A DNA stretch of 64,000 nt from Candidatus Omnitrophota bacterium. GTDB lineage: Bacteria; Omnitrophota; Gorgyraeia; Tantalellales; Tantalellaceae. The notes under the pieces were generated by a model. That model saw nothing but the letters and a program-made list of their open reading frames with translations, made no database searches and was not told the origin of the DNA. The translations under genes were made by a program, and so were the position numbers. The stretch lies in NCBI GenBank assembly GCA_035403965.1, contig DAONGE010000001.1:85008-149007 (forward strand). Direction: 5' to 3'. The stretch's first letter is position 1, and the number at the start of each line of letters is the position of its first letter. Positions 19,119 through 28,802 of the stretch are shown in pieces.

Positions 19119-19143
19119 GGAAAGCAGACAGAGGGCATGGTTC

Positions 19144-20586
19144 ATGAATGATGTTAAACGCGGTCGAGTACTTCTTGTATATCCGGCATACATAGGGGAG
19201 ATCGGAAAACCTGATCGTCCGCCGCTTGGCCTTTTGACGATTGCGGCCCCTCTTGTGGAAAAAGGGGTTGAGGTATGCCTTCTTGATGAGAGGGCGGATA
19301 GAGAGGATTTTGATTCTAAGCTTGTAGCAGAACTCAAGAAAAATCCAATTTGTGTCGGTATTAGTTCAATGAGCGGCCGCCACATAGCGGGTGCGTTGCG
19401 TGTTAGTAAACTTGTCAAAGAAAATTCAGATGTGCCGGTTGTTTGGGGTGGGGTGCATCCTTCTCTTGAACCCGAATCTACCATTCGACATCCGCTGGTG
19501 GATATTATCGTTAGAGACGATGGCGAGGAAACATTCCAGGAACTTTTGGAAGCACTTAAAGATCCCAATTGCGATCTAAGTAAGATCAACGGAATAGGTT
19601 TCAAGGATAGCGACGGTAAGGTCGTGCTTACGGAGCTATCGTCCCCCGCGGATATCTCTAAAATACCGTATATACCATATCATCTTGTTGATTTTGACAG
19701 GTATGAATCTAAGGATCCATGGACAATCGGCCGCGGCCTTATCCCGATGGAAACGAGTCGCGGATGTCCTTTTAGGTGTTCTTTTTGCACCGAATCCGTC
19801 AGGAAGAAGAAATGGCGCTCCCTTCCTCCGGAACGAGTTATCAACGACATAAAGTACTATATTGAGAAGTACGGGATATATAATTACACCTTTATTGATG
19901 ATAACCTTTTCGGAAATATAAAACGTGGTGAAGATCTGATAGATCTTTTGGCGAAAGAGGATCTTGGTATCAGATGGTATACGAACATCCGCACGGATTA
20001 TATGTCCAGGGCAACGCCTGAATTTCTGCAAAAACTTGAGAAAGCGGGATGTTGTATGCTGACATTCGGTGCCGAGTCCGGGTCGGAGCGGATACTGAAA
20101 ATGATAAGTAAACATGCCACTCAAGAGCATGTAATAAAGACAAATTTGAATTTAAACAGAGTGAATATCTCCCCGCACTATGTTACGATCCGTGGGTTCC
20201 CGACGGAAACCGGCAAGGACATGCTGGATACTTATCTATTGCTTATTCGTTTGGTCCTGGATAATAAAAAGGCTATTTGTGATTCGCCTTTTTTAATACC
20301 TACTCCGGGTACGCAGATATTCAGACAGTGTTTTCAAGACGCATCGGAGAGAGACCGGGATCTTACCCTTGAAAAATGGGCGGAGGCCTTTGACCTTGAG
20401 AAAATGGGATGTCCGATGTGGTTGGATCCAAAAACGTTCAGCGTGATAAAACACTATAAATGGCTGGTAGGGATCATACAAAAAACTAACCGGCGAAAAA
20501 CGGGGTGGCTGAAAAATGGCATCTATCGATTGTTTCTCAGACTTATGTATAAGGTGATCTATCTGCAAAGGGGCTTTTTAAAATGA
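19144..20586 (+). CDS. B12-binding-domain radical SAM protein (class B)
   Basis: An N-terminal cobalamin-binding-like Rossmann region (RVLLVYPAY...GISSMSG...VVWGGVHPS) is followed by ETSRGCPFRCSFC (CxxxCxxC). Confidence 0.75.
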   Translation: MNDVKRGRVLLVYPAYIGEIGKPDRPPLGLLTIAAPLVEKGVEVCLLDERADREDFDSKLVAELKKNPICVGISSMSGRHIAGALRVSKLVKENSDVPVVWGGVHPSLEPESTIRHPLVDIIVRDDGEETFQELLEALKDPNCDLSKINGIGFKDSDGKVVLTELSSPADISKIPYIPYHLVDFDRYESKDPWTIGRGLIPMETSRGCPFRCSFCTESVRKKKWRSLPPERVINDIKYYIEKYGIYNYTFIDDNLFGNIKRGEDLIDLLAKEDLGIRWYTNIRTDYMSRATPEFLQKLEKAGCCMLTFGAESGSERILKMISKHATQEHVIKTNLNLNRVNISPHYVTIRGFPTETGKDMLDTYLLLIRLVLDNKKAICDSPFLIPTPGTQIFRQCFQDASERDRDLTLEKWAEAFDLEKMGCPMWLDPKTFSVIKHYKWLVGIIQKTNRRKTGWLKNGIYRLFLRLMYKVIYLQRGFLK

Positions 20587-21668
20587 AGTTTCTTCTGGTG
20601 AACACGGATTATGACGGTTTCCTGAAGTGGCTTTACGGGCGGGAGGATAGATTAGCCGGTAAGTCTTACGAGGAACAAATGCGTGTCAGGAACGATAGCC
20701 TGTTCGGGACCGCGGATTTTTATTCGACGAACCTTAAAAAATTAGGGCACGAAGCCATTGATATTCACGCGAACAATGTTCCTTTACAGACAGCATGGGC
20801 CAAGGAGCAAGGTTTTGATCCTAAAGAGAGCGTTCTGAAAAAGCTTTTCTGTTCCGGCGGCGCTAAAAAGAAAGTGTTAATGGGAATATTAGCCGAGCAG
20901 ATAAAATATTATAGGCCGGATATAATATTGAGCCATGATATTACGATATCGGGGAATTTTTGGAGAAGTACAAAGCCATATTATAAATTGTTGATAGGGC
21001 AGCACGCTTCTCCTATGTCAAAAAAATGTGACATTAAAGAATATGACCTGCTACTATCGTCTTTACCGAACCTTGTGCAGTATTTCCAGCGAGAAGGGGT
21101 TAAAAGCCGTTTGTGGAGGTTAGGTTTCGAAGAAACGGTTCTTGAAAAGCTGGGGGAGGTTAAGGACGAGTATCAGGTTTCATTTATTGGCAGTGTATCT
21201 TCAGCTCACGAGACACGAAAAAAATGGTTGGATAAGATAAATAAAAAGATACCGGTGCATATTTGGGGTGAAGGTGATATTCGGGGATATCAGCATTATC
21301 ACGGGGTCGCCTGGGGCAAGGAGATGTTCAGGATACTTAAGGCGTCAAAGATAGTGTTGAATTGTCACATAGATATGGCTGGGGATTATGCGAACAATAT
21401 GCGTTTATTTGAAACGACCGGATGCGGGAGTTTGCTAATGACTGACAGCAAAAAAAACATGTCCGATATGTTTGAACCGGGGAAAGAGGTCGTGTGCTAT
21501 AACTCGGCGGAGGACTGCTCGGAATTTATTGAATATTATTTGAGCCATGAGGAGGAACGGAAAAAGATCGCTATCGCGGGGCAGTCGAGGACATTGAGGG
21601 AGCATACGTACTACAATCGTATGGAAGAATTGGTGTTTATTGTCAAGGAGACTATCGATGGGAAATAA
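20583..21668 (+). CDS. CgeB-family / GT1-like glycosyltransferase
   Basis: The C-terminal block MRLFETTGCGSLLMTD...EEERKKIAIAGQSRTLREHTYYNRMEEL resembles the CgeB/Glyco_trans_1_2 family. ATGA overlap with the upstream rSAM gene. Confidence 0.5.
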   Translation: MKFLLVNTDYDGFLKWLYGREDRLAGKSYEEQMRVRNDSLFGTADFYSTNLKKLGHEAIDIHANNVPLQTAWAKEQGFDPKESVLKKLFCSGGAKKKVLMGILAEQIKYYRPDIILSHDITISGNFWRSTKPYYKLLIGQHASPMSKKCDIKEYDLLLSSLPNLVQYFQREGVKSRLWRLGFEETVLEKLGEVKDEYQVSFIGSVSSAHETRKKWLDKINKKIPVHIWGEGDIRGYQHYHGVAWGKEMFRILKASKIVLNCHIDMAGDYANNMRLFETTGCGSLLMTDSKKNMSDMFEPGKEVVCYNSAEDCSEFIEYYLSHEEERKKIAIAGQSRTLREHTYYNRMEELVFIVKETIDGK

Positions 21669-22545
21669 GAAATTGAATAATATAAAGCGGTTCGTAAAAG
21701 CGGTAGTTCCGCCGATCTTTATAATTTTGTTAGATAAAGTGAAAAAATATTTTGCGGATCGCGGCAAAACGGAATTTGAGTATATACCGGAAGGGTGGTC
21801 GTATGTCGCTAAGCCCGGCGCAATGGATGGGTGGAATGAAAAGTCGATCTTAGAGGTTTATAAAAAAGAATGGCCTAAATATTTGTCGATGACGAGCTCC
21901 ACCGCGCCCTTATACAGCAATCCAGCCGCTCCTTATAGTAGTGATATAAATACCCGGGTAAAAGGCCATAATGTGATAATGTCGTTCGCGTATTCTGTTT
22001 TGACCGCGGCCGGCGGAAAGAAGTCGCTATCACTGTTTGATTGGGGGGGCGGGATCGGATTTTATTCTTTATTTGCCAAGGCCATACTTCCCGGGGTTGA
22101 TATACAATATAGTTGTCGTGATATGGATGTGTTCGTTAAACATGCGAACGAAAATACGCCCAACGCTTTATTTTACTCGGATGATTCGTGGATAAAGAAT
22201 AAGTATGATTTTGTCATGGCGAGCGCCTCGGTCCAGTATAAAACGGAATGGAAGGAACTGCTCAGGGATCTGGTCAGCGTAGCGTCGGGTTATGTATACA
22301 TCGCGCAGCTGCCGGTTGTTCCGAAAGAAAAATCGTTCGTGTTCATACAGCGCCCTTATAAATACGGTTATAACACGGAGTATCTGGGGTGGTGTCTGAA
22401 TAAGAAAGAATTTCTTTCGTGCGCGAAAGACCTCGGGCTGGAATTAGTCAGGGAATTCACGTATGGATATGAATTGCCTATTTTAAACGCCCCGGAACAA
22501 AACGAGTATTCGGGGTTTTTATTTTTTAAGAAGGGAACAGCATGA
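21640..22545 (+). CDS. hypothetical protein, putative methyltransferase-like
   Basis: LSLFDWGGGIGFYSLFA is glycine-rich and motif-I-like, and YDFVMASASVQY is present. Weak assignment. Overlaps neighbours at both ends. Confidence 0.35.
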   Translation: MSRRLSMGNKKLNNIKRFVKAVVPPIFIILLDKVKKYFADRGKTEFEYIPEGWSYVAKPGAMDGWNEKSILEVYKKEWPKYLSMTSSTAPLYSNPAAPYSSDINTRVKGHNVIMSFAYSVLTAAGGKKSLSLFDWGGGIGFYSLFAKAILPGVDIQYSCRDMDVFVKHANENTPNALFYSDDSWIKNKYDFVMASASVQYKTEWKELLRDLVSVASGYVYIAQLPVVPKEKSFVFIQRPYKYGYNTEYLGWCLNKKEFLSCAKDLGLELVREFTYGYELPILNAPEQNEYSGFLFFKKGTA

Positions 22546-24101
22546 GAATTATCTCAGGCAATGTGACAGGGCCGGTTGTTTTGGTTTCTCGTCCTATAAA
22601 GTATACGTTCCCGCTGTCGTATGCGTACCTTGCGGGGTATTTGAAAGAACAGGGAGAGGAAGTAAAAATCCTCTTTAGGCCCACGGTCGATAAAGCTGAA
22701 GATTTTGCCAAAGAGATAATCGGTATGAATCCGGTATTGGTAGGGTTCGGGAATTTATATCCAGAGTTGAAAGAAATATCGGCGTTTATAAAATGTCTGG
22801 ATAATGCGGGACGAAAATTTCCGATAGTTATCGGCGGGCAAATGGTATCTCCCATACCGGAATTTGCGGTGCGTATTACCGGGGCGGATATAGGAGTAAT
22901 AGGTGAAGGTGAAATAATTTTGCACAATGTAGTAAAGGCCCTGAGGGAAGGAAGTAACATAAAAGAAGTAAAGGGGTTGGCGGTCAGAGAGGGAAACGAG
23001 GTTTTTTTGACAGGACCGGGAGAGGTGATCCCGGATCTGGATAAACTTCCGAAAATACCGTATGAATTTTTCCCGGAAAAAGAGTGGCTTAATATAGGCC
23101 GATGGTATACGCGATATCATCAGCAACCTCATTGGCATTTTGACGACAGGGTGATAAACGCCCATTCCGGAAGAGGCTGTCCGTACACATGTAATTTTTG
23201 TTATCACCATAGTAAGCCCAGATATAGATCCATGGGCGTCGTGATGGATGAAGCCCGGGAAGCGTTAGAGAGATTTAACGGTAACATGCTCTATTTTTCG
23301 GACGAGACCGCGCTCGCTTCCCCGAAACGTGTAAGGGAAATGATAGACGGTATAAGAAATTTGCCCCGGCGCATAGAGTTTTCGGTGTCGTGCCGTTTCG
23401 ATATCTTAAGCAGAATAGACGATGCGGTGCTTCGGGAAATGAAAGACGCGGGATGTCGGATAATGGGGCTTGGAATAGAATCCGGATCGGACCGTATTCT
23501 GCAGATAATAGGAAAAAGATATCCCGCGAATATTATACGGGAAGGATTGGATCGGCTTAAAAAGGCAGGGATCTTACCGACGGTATCAATAATGGTAGGG
23601 CAATACACCGAGACCGTGGAGGATGTCGAAATGTCGATCGATCTGATGCGAGAGTCGGTAAGAAATAATCATAACATACAGTATGCGTTCACGGTCACGA
23701 CGCCGTTTCCGGGGTCAGCCCTATATGAGCATATATTCAAAACAGGTTTATTAAAAGACGACCGGGAATTTTATGATATATATTTTAAAAGTAGAAAAGA
23801 GTTTCAGTATGTGGTTAATTTATCAAAAATGAGCGACGCGGAGTTAATGCGGATGTATCAGAAGATACTGGAAGAGTATAATAAGGAAAAAGAGAAGGTA
23901 TTAAATAAAAAAGCCGTAGTTGTGGAAAAAACAATGATAAATGTGAGTAAAGCGTACGAGATATTTATGACGCGTTTATTCGGGGGATTAGCCGCTAAAA
24001 ATGCGATAGCCGACAAATTCTGCCGTTTTTGCGAATTTTTATTTGTGGCGATCGAAGTGTGGCTTGACGGGATACGGCTTAAGATCAGGGGGCTGAGGTG
24101 A
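22542..24101 (+). CDS. B12-binding-domain radical SAM protein (class B), second copy
   Basis: N-terminal B12-like region (PVLVGFGNLY...VIGGQMVSP) and HSGRGCPYTCNFC (CxxxCxxC). ATGA overlap with the upstream gene. Confidence 0.75.
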   Translation: MRIISGNVTGPVVLVSRPIKYTFPLSYAYLAGYLKEQGEEVKILFRPTVDKAEDFAKEIIGMNPVLVGFGNLYPELKEISAFIKCLDNAGRKFPIVIGGQMVSPIPEFAVRITGADIGVIGEGEIILHNVVKALREGSNIKEVKGLAVREGNEVFLTGPGEVIPDLDKLPKIPYEFFPEKEWLNIGRWYTRYHQQPHWHFDDRVINAHSGRGCPYTCNFCYHHSKPRYRSMGVVMDEAREALERFNGNMLYFSDETALASPKRVREMIDGIRNLPRRIEFSVSCRFDILSRIDDAVLREMKDAGCRIMGLGIESGSDRILQIIGKRYPANIIREGLDRLKKAGILPTVSIMVGQYTETVEDVEMSIDLMRESVRNNHNIQYAFTVTTPFPGSALYEHIFKTGLLKDDREFYDIYFKSRKEFQYVVNLSKMSDAELMRMYQKILEEYNKEKEKVLNKKAVVVEKTMINVSKAYEIFMTRLFGGLAAKNAIADKFCRFCEFLFVAIEVWLDGIRLKIRGLR

Positions 24102-24104
24102 TAT

Positions 24105-25040
24105 ATGTATAAACGCGACGCAATGTCGGATATCCTGAAAAAAACCGATATAAAACCGGTTCTTTTTGATGTCGGGGCGGCAGGTGGCACTCCGCATATT
24201 TGGAAAAAGATAGCAAAACGATCGGTGTATGTCGGTTTTGATCCGGACGCGAGAGAGATCAAAGAAATATCCGACGGGGCGTTCTATAAGTCCATCATAA
24301 TAAATAAAGCTGTTTCCGCCGAAGTTAAACAAAAAACATCCTTTTATTTAACGAAATACCCGTATTGTTCCAGTACTTTGGAGCCGGATTCCGCCGCGCT
24401 GGATAATTATGGTTTTGCCGATTATTTTAAAGTTTTAGGTAAGGCCGAAGTCGGATCCGTCACATTGAATGAAGTGATAAAAGAGATATCGCTTGGCGGT
24501 ATAGATTGGCTGAAGATCGACACGCAGGGCACGGATCTCAGGATATTCAAAAGTCTCAACGACGAGACGAGAGAAAAGGTATTGGCTCTTGACGTGGAGC
24601 CCGGACTGATAGACGCTTACAAGGGAGAGGATCTTTTTACGGCCACGCATGAGTATCTTACGAAGAACGGGTTTTGGCTGTCGGATATGCGTATAGGTAA
24701 AACCGTACGCATTAAACGGACCTCGGTCAATCATATGGAGTCTCCGGATAAAGCGGTATTAAATATTCAGAAGAATGTCAAAGCCTCTCCGGCATGGTGT
24801 GAAGCCAGATATTTGCGGACATTGGATCGGTTATCATTAAATCGGCCGGATAAACGGTCGTATATCCTTTTGTGGATATTCGCGATGTTGGATGGCCAGT
24901 TCGGTTTCGCGTTCGATGTTGTATGCGAATATGGGAAGTTTTTCGGGGAAGACGGGGAATATATGCACATGAAAAAGAATGTTCTTTCCGCCCTGAACAT
25001 AGGGATCGGCAGAAGATTCCTTAACATGTTGCGTAAATAA
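24105..25040 (+). CDS. FkbM-family methyltransferase, second copy
   Basis: LFDVGAAGGT is motif I and IDWLKIDTQGTDLRIFKSL is the FkbM conserved block. Ribosome-binding site GAGGTGA. Confidence 0.55.
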   Translation: MYKRDAMSDILKKTDIKPVLFDVGAAGGTPHIWKKIAKRSVYVGFDPDAREIKEISDGAFYKSIIINKAVSAEVKQKTSFYLTKYPYCSSTLEPDSAALDNYGFADYFKVLGKAEVGSVTLNEVIKEISLGGIDWLKIDTQGTDLRIFKSLNDETREKVLALDVEPGLIDAYKGEDLFTATHEYLTKNGFWLSDMRIGKTVRIKRTSVNHMESPDKAVLNIQKNVKASPAWCEARYLRTLDRLSLNRPDKRSYILLWIFAMLDGQFGFAFDVVCEYGKFFGEDGEYMHMKKNVLSALNIGIGRRFLNMLRK

Positions 25041-25067
25041 GAGTATATCCGATAAGAGGAGAAACTT

Positions 25068-26054
25068 ATGGCCAAAGAAACGTTCCGGGACAGTAAGGTT
25101 GTTATTACCGGTGGATTAGGTTTTATAGGATCGAATCTCGCCCGTACCCTGGTGAATATGGGCGCGCGAGTTTTTATTATAGACAGCCTTATCCCCGAGT
25201 ATGGAGGCAACCTGTTCAACATAAAAGGCATAGAGGATAAGGTGACCGTAAATATATCGGATGTGCGTGACGAGCATAGCATGAAATATCTGATACAGGG
25301 GCATGATTATCTTTTTAATCTCGCAGGGCAGACAAGCCATATGGATTCCATGAGTGATCCGTATGTCGATTTGGAGATAAACGCAAAAGCGCAGTTGTCC
25401 ATTCTGGAAGCATGCCGTAAGTATAATTCTAAAATAAAAATAGTTTTCGCCAGTACGAGGCAATTATACGGGAAACCGCAGTATTTGCCGGTGGATGAGA
25501 AGCATCCGGTCAATCCGGTGGATGTTAACGGGATAAATAAATTGTCGGGGGAGATGTACCATATCTTATATAACAATGTTTATGGGATTCGTTCTACGGT
25601 ATTGAGACTTACGAATACCATCGGGCCGTGCATGCGTATAAAAGACGCGCGCCAGACGTTCTTGGGTATATGGGTAAAAATGCTGGTTGAGGGGAAGCCT
25701 TTTGAGGTGTGGGGCGGGGAACAGCTCCGTGATTTCACTTATGTAGATGACGCCGTCAATGCGTTCGTGACCGCCGCGTCGGACAAACGATCGGACGGAA
25801 AAATTTTCAATATAGGAGGGGACAAGGTAATTAAATTGAAAGTACTCGCGGATCTTTGTATCAAGGCCAACGGTGGAGGGAAATATGTCATAAAAGATTT
25901 TCCTGAAGAGAGGCGATCTATCGATATAGGGGACTATTACTCTGATGACGGCCTTTTTAGAAAAACTTTCGGCTGGAAGCCCGGAGTCTCTCTGGGCGAG
26001 GGACTGAAACGGATAATCGCGTATTATAAGGAACATATAGTGAAATATGTTTAG
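25068..26054 (+). CDS. NAD-dependent nucleotide-sugar epimerase/dehydratase (short-chain dehydrogenase/reductase family)
   Basis: VVITGGLGFIGSNLARTL is the Rossmann motif, and an extended-SDR layout with a YxxxK region is present. 328 aa. Confidence 0.8.
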   Translation: MAKETFRDSKVVITGGLGFIGSNLARTLVNMGARVFIIDSLIPEYGGNLFNIKGIEDKVTVNISDVRDEHSMKYLIQGHDYLFNLAGQTSHMDSMSDPYVDLEINAKAQLSILEACRKYNSKIKIVFASTRQLYGKPQYLPVDEKHPVNPVDVNGINKLSGEMYHILYNNVYGIRSTVLRLTNTIGPCMRIKDARQTFLGIWVKMLVEGKPFEVWGGEQLRDFTYVDDAVNAFVTAASDKRSDGKIFNIGGDKVIKLKVLADLCIKANGGGKYVIKDFPEERRSIDIGDYYSDDGLFRKTFGWKPGVSLGEGLKRIIAYYKEHIVKYV

Positions 26055-26072
26055 TTTCGACAGGATGGTTTT

Positions 26073-27683
26073 ATGAGCATGAAAAGATGCATGAAAGAAA
26101 ATATTATCGCCGTGATGTTTTTTACGGTGTTTTTTTTAGCCGTTCTTTTCGGCGCGAAAGTATATTTTTCCGGTTTTCATCTTACAGACGATTTTAAAAC
26201 ACTGAACATTATCTCGGGATTCAGGGAGCAACCATTCTTTAAGGAGATGGCCAAGCAGATATCTGAAAACACGAGCAGACGGTTTAATCCGCTTAACAGC
26301 GTTCAGTATGTGGTCAGGGCGAAATTGTTCGGGGATAATTTTTCTTTATGGTTTTTAAGCCAGATATTTATTTTTGTGCCGACATGTTTTTTCCTTTACG
26401 GATTCGCCAGGAAGATAGGGGCTACGTTCTGGCAATCCGTGTTTTTCCCGTTCTTTACTTTGTTGGGGCAGCAGATGCTGACATGGTGGATGCTTTGTAC
26501 CGCCGAACCGATCGCGATGTTCTTTGTGTCTTTAGCCATGTACCTGATGGCGAAGGCGTCACAACGGGAAGGGGATATCCTCTCTGTAACCGGTTTTGTT
26601 GTCAGCATAGCGTTGAGCACGTTATGTAAAGAAAGTTTCATATTGTTCATTCCGGCCGCGGTGGTTATGTGGTGGGCGCTTTTGTGCTACGGTAAGATGA
26701 AACCTGACATGGCGAACATTTTTTTTAAAGCGTTGTTACCGTCGGTTACGCTTTTGATCGTTATGCTGTTCGATCTATGGGTGATATTATATGTCGTAAA
26801 GACCACGACTGAAGGATATAACGGTATCGACGGGCAAATGCCCTTGATAGGGTTATTGAAAGACCCGCATATGTTCTTAATGCGGCTTAAGGTGGATATA
26901 TGGGTGCTTTTAGACATGTATACTTTCGGGGTGATATTATTCGGTATTTTTTTAATAATGAATGCTTTGTCGGAGAAAAAAGACGAATTTCTGCGGATCA
27001 TTCGCAAAATGTCTTTATTCGGGTTTGTTTTCGCGATGATATTTATTCCGCAGGTTATTCTCTATGATAAATCTGGAATGCAAACAAGGTATTGGTTGCC
27101 GGCGTTTTTGGCTTTTTCTATAGCGGCCGTATATCTATTAAAAACCATATCGAAATCGAAAGAAATCTCTTTTTTCGGGAAACGGGTCTTTTTGGTGTTG
27201 ATCATCATCGCGTTTATACCGCGTGTTGAGCACGCGGTCTCGAGAGCGAAGGATTTCGCGTCCGAAGGTTTAGCGACACGGGATCTATTTCGGGCGGTTC
27301 TGTCGGGGGATATACATGATCCTAAGATACTGGTTGTCGGGGATCCTATCGTAAATTATGAATGGTCGGTAGCCCTAGTGAAATATTTCAGTTTTTACGG
27401 GGATGTGAAAAAAATAAGTTTTTTTGAGGTGGGTACCGATCGCGGCGCCGAACTCAGACCGGACTTTGTGGAAATGGTGTCGAAATCATTCCGGGAAGTG
27501 TTCGGGAACAATACGGTTAAAACGGTGAACAAAGGAGATTATGATTTTATTATCATAATGCCTAACGCCGAGAGCGGTTTTGCGCCGGTTGCTCGGAATG
27601 CCGATATATTTGCGCAGTACAAGAGAAGCGGATATTTTTGGGGAAGGGGCGAGTTCGTTCTTTACTCGAGAACGGTTAAATAG
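26073..27683 (+). CDS. polytopic membrane protein, putative GT-C-type glycosyltransferase/polymerase (paralog 1)
   Basis: About 11 predicted TM helices plus a ~150-aa C-terminal soluble domain. It is a paralog of 30883-32466 (shared FSGFHL, WQSVFF..FTLLGQQ, RYWLPAFLAFS). Function is inferred only from architecture. Confidence 0.45.
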   Translation: MSMKRCMKENIIAVMFFTVFFLAVLFGAKVYFSGFHLTDDFKTLNIISGFREQPFFKEMAKQISENTSRRFNPLNSVQYVVRAKLFGDNFSLWFLSQIFIFVPTCFFLYGFARKIGATFWQSVFFPFFTLLGQQMLTWWMLCTAEPIAMFFVSLAMYLMAKASQREGDILSVTGFVVSIALSTLCKESFILFIPAAVVMWWALLCYGKMKPDMANIFFKALLPSVTLLIVMLFDLWVILYVVKTTTEGYNGIDGQMPLIGLLKDPHMFLMRLKVDIWVLLDMYTFGVILFGIFLIMNALSEKKDEFLRIIRKMSLFGFVFAMIFIPQVILYDKSGMQTRYWLPAFLAFSIAAVYLLKTISKSKEISFFGKRVFLVLIIIAFIPRVEHAVSRAKDFASEGLATRDLFRAVLSGDIHDPKILVVGDPIVNYEWSVALVKYFSFYGDVKKISFFEVGTDRGAELRPDFVEMVSKSFREVFGNNTVKTVNKGDYDFIIIMPNAESGFAPVARNADIFAQYKRSGYFWGRGEFVLYSRTVK

Positions 27684-27695
27684 CGGGAGAGGATA

Positions 27696-28802
27696 ATGGC
27701 AAAAAAAATACCTCAATGCGATCCGAAAGCCAACTACCTTTTTTACAGGGAAGAGATAGAAAAGGCTATAAAAAGGGTATTAGAGGCCGGCAGATATATA
27801 CTGGGCGGGGAAGTGGAAAAATTTGAAAAGGACTTCTCTTCCTACATAGAGGTCAAATACGGGATAGGGGTTGGTAGTGGCACGGATGCCATTCAATTGG
27901 CTCTTCGGACATTGGCTATAGGGCAGGGAGACGAGGTTATTACCGTATCGCATACCGCGGTAGCGACTGTGGCGGCTATCGAACTCGCCGGAGCGTTACC
28001 GGTGCTTGTCGACGTAGATCCCGTAACATATACGATGGATCTTGATATGATGGAAAAAGCGGTCACGTCCCGGACTAAGGCTATAATCCCGGTACATCTG
28101 TATGGTCATCCCGTGGAAATGGATCGTGTAATGGCTTTTGCCCGTCGTAATGGGCTGAAGGTGATTGAGGATTGCGCTCAATCTCACGGAGCGGTCTATA
28201 AAAATAAAAAAACCGGATCGTTCGGGGATATGTCCGCGTTCAGTTTTTATCCCACGAAAAATCTTGGGGCGATAGGCGATGCGGGGATGCTGATCACGGA
28301 TGATAAAACGCTGGCCGAAAAAGCGAAAGCGTTGCGTGAATATGGATGGGAAGAAAGATATATAAGCAGTATTCCCGGCTTGAATACAAGATTGGATGCG
28401 ATACAGGCCGCCATTTTAGGGGTAAAATTGCGGGGGCTTGATAACGATAATAAAAAACGGCGGAATATATCCGAGGTATATAATTCCGGATTATCCGGAT
28501 CAGATATTATATTGCCGGTTCAGAAAAAAGACAGCATTCATGTTTATCATCAGTATGTCGTTCGCGTAAAAGACAGGGATAAAGTGCGGGAATCTCTTAA
28601 GACGGAAGGTATAGATACTTTGATACATTATCCCGTTCCGGTACATCTGCAGCCGGCCTATTTTAAAAGAATAAAATATTTCGGAAAAATGAACGCGACG
28701 GAAAAAATATGCTCCGAAATATTGAGCCTGCCGATATATCCGGAACTCTCTTTGGATGAGGCCGGAACAGTGTGCGATGTAATTAGGAAAAAACTGAAAT
28801 GA
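27696..28802 (+). CDS. DegT/DnrJ/EryC1/StrS-family PLP-dependent sugar aminotransferase, second copy
   Basis: Family-typical layout. The PLP lysine lies in [10 protein letters not shown]. Confidence 0.8.
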   Translation: MAKKIPQCDPKANYLFYREEIEKAIKRVLEAGRYILGGEVEKFEKDFSSYIEVKYGIGVGSGTDAIQLALRTLAIGQGDEVITVSHTAVATVAAIELAGALPVLVDVDPVTYTMDLDMMEKAVTSRTKAIIPVHLYGHPVEMDRVMAFARRNGLKVIEDCAQSHGAVYKNKKTGSFGDMSAFSFYPTKNLGAIGDAGMLITDDKTLAEKAKALREYGWEERYISSIPGLNTRLDAIQAAILGVKLRGLDNDNKKRRNISEVYNSGLSGSDIILPVQKKDSIHVYHQYVVRVKDRDKVRESLKTEGIDTLIHYPVPVHLQPAYFKRIKYFGKMNATEKICSEILSLPIYPELSLDEAGTVCDVIRKKLK

